This document shows positions 36,576 to 42,443 of a stretch of 42,443 nt of DNA, piece after piece. This DNA is from a virus (Duplodnaviria > Caudoviricetes). Each line of letters opens with the position of its first letter. Position 1 is the stretch's first letter. Location: positions 1 through 42,443 of IMG/VR virus record IMGVR_UViG_3300017548_000080. One strand, written 5' to 3'. The notes beneath the pieces are model-generated. The model was not told where the DNA came from and ran no database searches. It saw only the letters and a program-made list of their open reading frames with translations. The position numbers were made by a program, and so were the translations under genes.

Positions 36576-36608
36576 GCCACCCCTCAATCCATCGGAAGGA
36601 TTCCCATC

Positions 36609-37502
36609 ATGACCACCGCAACCCTTGCGGCGCCGCTGCGGATTCGCCGCACGGTCACAGACCAGTCCATCTTCATCGTCAACGATCGCGACCGGATCGC
36701 GCTGCGCGCCGGCACCACGATCGGCGAGCACAGCTCCGATGCCGAGACCGCCATCCGCCTGCCGCAGCTCGCGCCCGGCACGGACTATGCCGTGACGATC
36801 GAGGCCGGCCAGCCGGTGGCCGTCGACTGCCGCGACGCCTTGCCGGCCGACGCCATCGGAGGCTTCCACTATGCGCCCGGCAGCAACGCACCGGCGCGCG
36901 CCGGCGGCGACGACAAGCCGTCCATCAATCCCTTCTCCTGTTGGGATGCCGGTTTCCGTCCCGCCTGCCTTGATCCACGCGCTATGGCGCTGGTCGATGG
37001 TCGCTTCTGGGCCGACATCTACCTGCTCGGCACGAACCACATGGACGCCGGCACCAGCCGGTGCGGCGCCACCATCGCCGACGGGCGAAGCCTGCCGCAG
37101 GCGACCGACGGCAAAGGCAAGGTGAAAAAGCTCGACTTTGCCACGGCACAGGCCATCTACGCCTATCACGGCAAGCGGCTGCTCACAGCGGAAGAGTTCT
37201 TCGCCGCCGCCTACGGCGTGAAGGAGCGCGAGGCGCTCGATGTCGAGCCGGAAACCACTGGCGACCTGTCAAGCGACGCCGCCCGCTTCATCAGCCGCTA
37301 CGGCCTGTTCGGCGCCACAGGCACGATGTGGCAGTGGGGAACCGACGGCGATCCGGACGACCCCCGCGCTTCCCTCTTCGGCGGCTCCTGGCTGCTCGAC
37401 GGCCGCGCCGGCTCGCGGCAGGCGTTCCTCGGCTTCTGGCCGGAGAACTCGAGCGGCGATATCGGCGCGCGCGGCCGCAGTGACCACCTGACGCTTGCCT
37501 AG
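36609..37502 (+). CDS. DGR target protein 2, Mtd-like paralogue (297 aa)
   Basis: GGAAGGA RBS, ATG 36609; GGFHYAPGSNA, FRPACLDPRAMALVDGRFWADIYLLGTNH; VR2 at the 3' end. Confidence 0.92.
   Translation: MTTATLAAPLRIRRTVTDQSIFIVNDRDRIALRAGTTIGEHSSDAETAIRLPQLAPGTDYAVTIEAGQPVAVDCRDALPADAIGGFHYAPGSNAPARAGGDDKPSINPFSCWDAGFRPACLDPRAMALVDGRFWADIYLLGTNHMDAGTSRCGATIADGRSLPQATDGKGKVKKLDFATAQAIYAYHGKRLLTAEEFFAAAYGVKEREALDVEPETTGDLSSDAARFISRYGLFGATGTMWQWGTDGDPDDPRASLFGGSWLLDGRAGSRQAFLGFWPENSSGDIGARGRSDHLTLA
37366..37484 (+). repeat. DGR variable repeat VR2
   Basis: 119 nt colinear with TR; 12 mismatches, all opposite TR adenines (e.g. ATC>CTC, AAC>CTC, AAC>CGC, AAC>TTC). Confidence 0.97.
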
Positions 37503-37521
37503 CCTGCGCGGAAGCGCAGGC
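37502..37521 (+). other. post-IMH hairpin/cruciform of target 2
   Basis: GCCTGCGC-GGAA-GCGCAGGC; same stem as target 1, one loop base different. Confidence 0.88.
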
Positions 37522-37543
37522 ATCCAGCCCGACCGATCCGGCC

Positions 37544-37927
37544 ATGACGATCATCCGCGACCAGAACAGCACCCCGAGGGGCCTGGCGATCATCGAGAAG
37601 TACGAGGACGTGGTGACCTATCTCTATCCGATCCTGCAACGCTGCCCGCGCAAGCACGGCAATGTGCGCGACCGGATCATGACCGTCATGTTCGATCAGG
37701 TCGGGCTCTTCTACGAGGCGGCCAAGTCCGGCCAGCCCTCGCGACTTTACGCGGCCGATGCCAACATGGCGACGCTGCGTTTCTGGCTGCGCTTCGCGGC
37801 GCATCCCGAGCTGAAGATCATCACCCGCCGACAGGAAGTGGTCGCGCTCGCGCGGCTGGCCGAGGCGGGCGGGATGCTCGGCAAGTGGATCGCGACCGCG
37901 AAGGGCGGCGGACGGGCGGGGAAATGA
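37544..37927 (+). CDS. avd: DGR accessory variability determinant Avd
   Basis: 127 aa, IIEKYE.V..YLYP..Q..PRKHG, KS.Q.S.LYAADA..A.LRFWLRF, E.G.MLG.WI; between target and TR as in BPP-1. Confidence 0.93.
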   Translation: MTIIRDQNSTPRGLAIIEKYEDVVTYLYPILQRCPRKHGNVRDRIMTVMFDQVGLFYEAAKSGQPSRLYAADANMATLRFWLRFAAHPELKIITRRQEVVALARLAEAGGMLGKWIATAKGGGRAGK

Positions 37928-37933
37928 TGCGGG

Positions 37934-38052
37934 GCGCTTCCATCTTCGGCGGCTCCTGGCTGAACGACGGCAACGCCGGCTCGCGGCAGGCGAACCTCGA
38001 CAACTGGCCGGAGAACTCGAACGACGATATCGGCGCGCGCGGCCGCAGTGAC
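37934..38052 (+). ncRNA. DGR template repeat (TR)
   Basis: 119 nt with 22 adenines and six AAC codons in the VR frame; ends in CGGCGCGCGCGGCCGC then AGTGAC, then diverges (GACCCCTTT, IMH*) from both VRs (CACCTGACG, IMH). Confidence 0.97.
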
Positions 38053-38235
38053 GACCCCTTTCCGGTTCGGCGGCGGTCACGGCCCCGTCGGCCCTTCATC
38101 CGGGACGTTCGCGTCCGTGGGTGGTCAGCCCGGCCGTCCGGCTTCGGCGAATACATTGCACGGTCCGGTACAGCGGGGCGTAGCGGGCACCGCCCGTCGA
38201 GACCCGCGACCGGCTTTCCTATCGTGAGGGCCGAC
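38053..38235 (+). ncRNA. DGR spacer RNA segment between TR and RT (IMH* plus priming region, by analogy to BPP-1)
   Basis: 183-nt segment in the position of the BPP-1 spacer; function inferred from position only. Confidence 0.55.
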
Positions 38236-39234
38236 ATGGCACGCAAATACCGCAATCTGATCGGTCGCATCACCAGCGACGAGAACATGCTGCAGGCGTT
38301 CCGGCGCACCGCCAACGGCAAGCGTCTCACAGACGGCTATCTCGACTTCAAGGAGTTTTCCGCACTCAACCTCACGCTGCTGGCGCACGACATGGCGAGC
38401 GGCGCCTATCGCCCCGGCGAGCCGCATGAGTTCCAGATCTTCGACCCGAAGCTGCGCACCATATCGGCATTGCCGTTTCACGACCGTGTCGCCCAGCACG
38501 CGCTCTGCGCCGTCATCGGGCCGATCTTCGAGGCGACCCTTCTGCCGCGCACCTTCGCCTGCCGACCGGGAAAGGGCACGCATGCCGGCGTCGTCGCGCT
38601 GCAGGCAGACCTGCGGCGCCTGACGCGCGGCGGCGAGCCCCTCTATGCGCTGAAGACGGACTTCTCGCGCTACTTCGCCTCGGTCGACCGGGCGGTGCTG
38701 TGGCGCCTGATCGAGGCCAAGGTTTCGTGCCGCGCCACGCGGCGCCTCATCGAGGCGATGCTGCCCCGCGACGGCATAGGCCTGCCCATCGGCAACCTGC
38801 TGTCGCAGATCCTCGCCAATGTCTATGGCGGCGTGGTCGACCGTCACCTTCAGCAGGATCTCGGCGAGCGCCACTGGTTCCGCTACATGGACGACATCGT
38901 CATCCTCGGCCGCAGCCCTGACCATCTGCGGCTGGTGCGCGGCTCCATCGAGGCGCTGTCCCGCGAACGGCTGGGCCTGCGCTTCTCGAAATGGTCGATC
39001 CAGCCCGTCGCGCGCGGCGTGAACTTCCTCGGCTATCGCATCTGGCCCAGCCACAAGCTGCTGCGCCGCGACAGCGTCACCCGCGCGCGGCGCAAGATCC
39101 GCGCCTACCGCGCCGCCGGCGACCATGAGCGGCTGACAAAATTCCTCGCCGCATGGACGGGCCACGCCCGCTGGGCCGACTGCCGCAACCTTCTCGCCAG
39201 TCTCGATATTCCAACCAAAGGTGCAACGCGATGA
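38236..39234 (+). CDS. DGR reverse transcriptase (332 aa)
   Basis: Start MARKYRNLI with GAGGG RBS; PKLRTISALPFHDRVAQHA, KTDFSRYF, GLPIGNLLSQ, RYMDDIV, NFLGYRI; no maturase or endonuclease domain. Confidence 0.96.
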   Translation: MARKYRNLIGRITSDENMLQAFRRTANGKRLTDGYLDFKEFSALNLTLLAHDMASGAYRPGEPHEFQIFDPKLRTISALPFHDRVAQHALCAVIGPIFEATLLPRTFACRPGKGTHAGVVALQADLRRLTRGGEPLYALKTDFSRYFASVDRAVLWRLIEAKVSCRATRRLIEAMLPRDGIGLPIGNLLSQILANVYGGVVDRHLQQDLGERHWFRYMDDIVILGRSPDHLRLVRGSIEALSRERLGLRFSKWSIQPVARGVNFLGYRIWPSHKLLRRDSVTRARRKIRAYRAAGDHERLTKFLAAWTGHARWADCRNLLASLDIPTKGATR

Positions 39235-39575
39235 ATGATCCGCGCAAGCCAGTCCGCTCGCCCGCGCCCGAGCACGCGAACGAAATCCTCGACACAGTTC
39301 ACCGGCATCTGCTTGCCGTGACGCAGACCGGCGCCGAGGCGATCAACGCCACCGGCGCATCCTTCGTCATCATCGGCATGGGCGTGTGGACAGCCGAACT
39401 GGCCGAGCTCGACGGCCGCGCAGCGGCCAGATACCTGCGCGCGCTCGCCGACCTGTTCGACCCGCGCACCAACGATAACCAGAAGCGCCGTGCCGAGAAG
39501 GACCGGGCGCAGGCTGTGCGTGATCTCTGCGCTGCGCTCGACATCGAAATGGCGGAGGTCGGCGGTCATGGCTGA
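39231..39575 (+). CDS. hypothetical protein translationally coupled to RT
   Basis: ATGA overlap with the RT stop; 114 aa, helical. Confidence 0.6.
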   Translation: MNDPRKPVRSPAPEHANEILDTVHRHLLAVTQTGAEAINATGASFVIIGMGVWTAELAELDGRAAARYLRALADLFDPRTNDNQKRRAEKDRAQAVRDLCAALDIEMAEVGGHG

Positions 39576-40758
39576 TCACTCCAGCATTGAATGGACCGAT
39601 GCGACGTGGAACCCGGTCACCGGCTGCACGATCGTCTCACCCGGCTGCACCAACTGCTATGCGATGAAGCTCGCTGGCACGCGGCTGAAGCATCACCCCA
39701 GCCGCGCCGGCCTGACGATCGACACAAAGGCTGGGCCCGTCTGGAACAACAAGGTTCGGCTCAACGAGCAGTGGCTCGACCAGCCCCTTTGTTGGAAGCG
39801 CCCGCGCATGATCTTCGTCTGCGCCCACGGCGACCTGTTCCACGAGGACGTGCCCGACGAGTGGATCGACCGCGTCTTCGCCGTCATGGCGGTTACGCCG
39901 TGGCACACCTACCAGGTGCTGACGAAGCGCAGCGCACGGATGAGAGCCTACTTTGCCGAGACATGGCAGCGCCCGGCAAAACCGGCCTTCCGTGTCGACG
40001 ACACACTCACCGTGCCTGCGCAGCCTGCCGGCATCGACGATCGCTGGCATCAGATCGAGCACGCCATTGATACCCTGGATATTCCGGATCACGATCGATT
40101 CTGGACACAGGAAGGATTGCTAGTCGGCAGGCCAGCATGGCCGCGCCGTCCCCTCCCCAACGTCTGGCTTGGCGTCTCGGTTGAGGATCAAGCCCGCGCC
40201 GACGAGCGCATCCCCGATCTCTTGGCAACGCCGGCAGCGATCCGCTTTGTATCGGCAGAGCCGCTGCTTGGGCCGATCCAGTTCGATGACTTTTGCAATG
40301 GCCACAAGTTCATCGACGCGCTGCGCGGTAACTGGTGGCACGACAATCCGGACGGCCCCAATCCAATCTCACGTGGCCACGAAAAGCTCGACTGGATCAT
40401 CGTCGGCGGCGAGAGCGGTCCTGGCGCCCGGCCGATGCATCCGGACTGGGCGCGCCAGATCCGCGACCAGTGCGAATCTGCCGATGTTCCATTTTTCTTC
40501 AAGCAATGGGGGGAATGGGCACCCGGCGAATGCGCAAGCTTCGCGGCAACACGGACGGAACGGATCGCTAGGCTGTGGTCGGATGATTGGCATCGGCCGA
40601 AATGGCAATTTGGCACGCTAACCCCGAGGGCCAGCGAGGAAATGCATCGGGATGATCAGCCTGACCTCTACTGGTTGGGCAAGAAACGAAGCGGTCGAAA
40701 GCTGGATGGCGTCGAGCACAACGGCATGCCACAGATCGGCGAGGTGCCGGCGCTATGA
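39568..40758 (+). CDS. phage Gp37/Gp68 (DUF5131) family radical-SAM-like protein
   Basis: SSIEWTDATWNPVTGCTIVSPGCTNCYA, GDLFHE, YQVLTKR, NVWLGVSVEDQ, FVSAEPLLG, WIIVGGESG..ARPMHPDW, FFFKQWG. Confidence 0.9.
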   Translation: MADHSSIEWTDATWNPVTGCTIVSPGCTNCYAMKLAGTRLKHHPSRAGLTIDTKAGPVWNNKVRLNEQWLDQPLCWKRPRMIFVCAHGDLFHEDVPDEWIDRVFAVMAVTPWHTYQVLTKRSARMRAYFAETWQRPAKPAFRVDDTLTVPAQPAGIDDRWHQIEHAIDTLDIPDHDRFWTQEGLLVGRPAWPRRPLPNVWLGVSVEDQARADERIPDLLATPAAIRFVSAEPLLGPIQFDDFCNGHKFIDALRGNWWHDNPDGPNPISRGHEKLDWIIVGGESGPGARPMHPDWARQIRDQCESADVPFFFKQWGEWAPGECASFAATRTERIARLWSDDWHRPKWQFGTLTPRASEEMHRDDQPDLYWLGKKRSGRKLDGVEHNGMPQIGEVPAL

Positions 40759-41036
40759 CCATCACCCGCCACGACGGCCGCAATCAGATCTGCTGCGACG
40801 CCTGCCCCGCCAGCTATCCCAACACCTATGCCGACGAGGACTGGAGCGTCATGATCGCCGACGCAAGGGCGGCAGGCTGGATCATCCGCAAGGCTGCACC
40901 GAAAGACGATGCCGGCGGCACGTCCGATCTTTTCGGCCGGCCGCCGCGCATAGCAGGCAAGGCCGCGCGCGACGAGCCGTTCACCCACACCTGCCCCGCC
41001 TGCGCGCGGCCGGCCGAAGGCGGGAGGTTGCTGTGA
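40755..41036 (+). CDS. small putative zinc-binding protein
   Basis: CDAC and H.CPAC motifs; ATGA/GTGA overlaps. Confidence 0.6.
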   Translation: MTITRHDGRNQICCDACPASYPNTYADEDWSVMIADARAAGWIIRKAAPKDDAGGTSDLFGRPPRIAGKAARDEPFTHTCPACARPAEGGRLL

Positions 41037-41233
41037 GCCGACGCCCCGCCGTCCGTGAGGCTGACCTGAAGACGGCGCTTGCCGCCTTGCGTTCCGCCGG
41101 CATCAAGCCCGTGTCGCTCGATATCCGGCCGGACGGCACGCAGCGCTGGCACTTTACGAAGGCGCCCGGCGATGATGATGATGACCTCGATCGCGAGTTG
41201 AAGGCGTTCGAGGCGAAGCATGGTTATGGTTGA
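41033..41233 (+). CDS. small protein upstream of integrase (excisionase candidate)
   Basis: GTG start with GGAGG RBS; 66 aa MSRRPAVREADLKTALAALRSAG...; overlaps the integrase start. Confidence 0.5.
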   Translation: MSRRPAVREADLKTALAALRSAGIKPVSLDIRPDGTQRWHFTKAPGDDDDDLDRELKAFEAKHGYG

Positions 41234-42296
41234 TCTCAAGGGCCTGCACACGGTCAAGGCCAAGGGGCGCGTCTACTATTACGCATGGCGTGGCGGACCG
41301 CGCGTCGATTCCGCCGACGCGCCCGGTACCTCGGATTTCATGCGCGCCTACTATCAGGCGATCGAGGACCATCGTGCTCCTGATCCTGATCGCTTCCGTG
41401 CCGTGGTAAAGGCCTATAGGGCCAGCACCGACTACACGAAGCTGGCGGCCTCGACAAAGCGCAACTGGAGCCGCTGGCTCGACCGGATCGAGGATCATTT
41501 CGGCGAGCTGCGCATCGCGCAGTTCAACCGCACCGAGCGCATCCGGCAGGTGATCCGCAAGTGGCGCGGCACCTATGCCGCCACTCCGCGCAATGCAGAC
41601 TATGCGATGCAGGTCCTCTCGCGCGTCTGCGCCCATGGCGTCGACCCGCAGGGCAAGCTCGTCGCGAATCCGTGCGAAGGCATCAAGCATCTGTACGATG
41701 CAGACAGGTCGGAAATCATATGGACCGAGGCCGACATCGCCCAGATCGAAGCAACATCCTCTGACGAGATCAAATGGGCAGTCCAGCTCGCAGCGAACAC
41801 CGGTCTGCGCATGGGCGACCTTGTGCGGCTTTCGTGGTCGCACGTCCACGAGGACGAGATCATCCTGACGACCGGCAAGAGCCGCCATAAGCGAGAGGCA
41901 GTGATTCCGCTGCATGACGATCTGCGCGCGCTGCTCAAGCGCATTCCGCGGCGTTCCACCGCCGTGTTGACCTCGTCGCGAGAGCGTCCCTGGACGGAGA
42001 ACGGCCTTGGCAGCTCGTTCAACAAGGCGAAGATCGACGCCGGCCTCGACAATCGCGACCTGCATTTCCACGACCTGCGCGGCACTGCGGTCACGCGCTT
42101 CTATCTCGCCGGCCTCTCGACGCGAGTCATTGCCGAAATCATGGCGTGGGAAGAGACGACCGTAGAACGCATCATCCGCCGCTATGTGGCCCGCAAGGCC
42201 GCCACGCTGGAGACGATCCGGCAGCTTCGAAAGGCCAAACGGCGAACAGATTCTGTAAAACTTCCTGTAAAACCGTCTGCGAAAGGTGCGGGCTAG
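41220..42296 (+). CDS. int: tyrosine recombinase / phage integrase
   Basis: N-terminal arm-binding VYYYAWRGGP, TGLRMGDL (R), TGKS (K), HFHDLRGT (HxxR), RRY (Y). Confidence 0.95.
   Translation: MVMVDLKGLHTVKAKGRVYYYAWRGGPRVDSADAPGTSDFMRAYYQAIEDHRAPDPDRFRAVVKAYRASTDYTKLAASTKRNWSRWLDRIEDHFGELRIAQFNRTERIRQVIRKWRGTYAATPRNADYAMQVLSRVCAHGVDPQGKLVANPCEGIKHLYDADRSEIIWTEADIAQIEATSSDEIKWAVQLAANTGLRMGDLVRLSWSHVHEDEIILTTGKSRHKREAVIPLHDDLRALLKRIPRRSTAVLTSSRERPWTENGLGSSFNKAKIDAGLDNRDLHFHDLRGTAVTRFYLAGLSTRVIAEIMAWEETTVERIIRRYVARKAATLETIRQLRKAKRRTDSVKLPVKPSAKGAG
42253..42273 (+). repeat. direct repeat CTGTAAAAC x2, candidate integrase arm-type sites
   Basis: CTGTAAAAC at 42253-42261 and 42265-42273, about 50 bp from the tRNA 3' end. 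Confidence 0.5.
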
Positions 42297-42324
42297 ACGC
42301 TGCGTAAACCCTTGTGGAGCAAGA

Positions 42325-42398
42325 TGGAGCGGGCGAAGGGAATCGAACCCTCGTATGCAGCTTGGGAAGCTGCCGTTCTGCCATTGAACTACGCCCGC
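42325..42398 (-). tRNA. tRNA-Gly(CCC), prophage integration target
   Basis: GCGGGCGTAGTTCAATGGCAGAACGGCAGCTTCCCAAGCTGCATACGAGGGTTCGATTCCCTTCGCCCGCTCCA: canonical cloverleaf, anticodon CCC, encoded CCA. Confidence 0.98.
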
Positions 42399-42443
42399 AC
42401 GCCCGTCATTCATCAACGAGATCGGCGCGCGGTGTCAAGGGCG

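Larger units (their letters stand above)
35684..39234 (+). mobile_element. diversity-generating retroelement (target1-VR1, target2-VR2, avd, TR, spacer, RT)
   Basis: Three 119-nt repeats differing only at TR adenines, Avd and RT homologues, GC-only element, IMH/IMH* divergence and post-VR hairpins. Confidence 0.98.
902..42324. mobile_element. temperate siphovirus-like prophage (HK97-type head, lambda-like switch) integrated at tRNA-Gly; left boundary uncertain
   Basis: Contiguous lysis, tail, head, packaging, replication, immunity and integrase modules. The integrase ends 28 bp from the 3' end of the tRNA-Gly. Confidence 0.95.

Noticed and set aside
36549-36608. TTG start for target 2 given by the ORF track
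   Set aside because: It lies inside target 1's IMH and hairpin; ATG 36609 has a GGAAGGA RBS and aligns with target 1's N-terminus.
36556-37521. Post-target hairpins as intrinsic terminators
   Set aside because: No U-tract follows either hairpin and downstream genes appear co-transcribed; position matches DGR target-recognition hairpins.
37495-37923. 5' part of the 579-aa ORF as real RT N-terminus
   Set aside because: It overlaps the well-supported avd gene in another frame and gives low-complexity Arg/Gly-rich sequence; the RT start at 38236 has an RBS and matches the family N-terminus.
36420-38052. Three 119-nt repeats as a CRISPR array or simple duplication
   Set aside because: Too long, not regularly spaced, no cas genes; mismatches are exclusively at adenines of one copy, which is diagnostic of DGR TR/VR.
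38236-39234. RT as group II intron, retron or Abi RT
   Set aside because: Short RT with no maturase or endonuclease domain, GLPIGNLLSQ motif, and adjacent avd and TR identify the DGR class.
41154-42416. 420-aa minus-strand ORF spanning tRNA-Gly and integrase
   Set aside because: Antisense shadow of int that runs through a canonical tRNA.

Overview
This window is almost entirely one apparently near-complete temperate siphovirus-like prophage of a GC-rich alphaproteobacterium (Rhizobiales-like, inferred from gene content). Its tyrosine integrase abuts the 3' end of a host tRNA-Gly(CCC) at the right edge. The left att copy was not found; a VIT1/CCC1 gene lies at the left edge. The minus strand carries cro, a non-canonical tRNA(CAT), two orphan methyltransferases, a replication protein, a NusG paralogue, HNH/cos/terminase, an HK97-type head, a long tail (with a -1 frameshift chaperone pair and an SGNH-esterase tailspike) and lysis genes. 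The plus strand carries the cI repressor and an early operon ending in the integrase. The outstanding feature is a complete Bordetella BPP-1-type diversity-generating retroelement: two tandem Mtd-like targets with VR1 and VR2, then avd, a 119-nt TR, a spacer and the RT. All 14 (VR1) and 12 (VR2) TR/VR mismatches fall at TR adenines. Unusually, the DGR sits in the early, apparently repressor-controlled operon, on the opposite strand and about 30 kb from the tail-fibre genes. Its two targets appear to lack the N-terminal domain of Mtd, which suggests a diversified protein pair with a non-virion or atypical role. All family assignments come from motif recognition and recall, not database searches.
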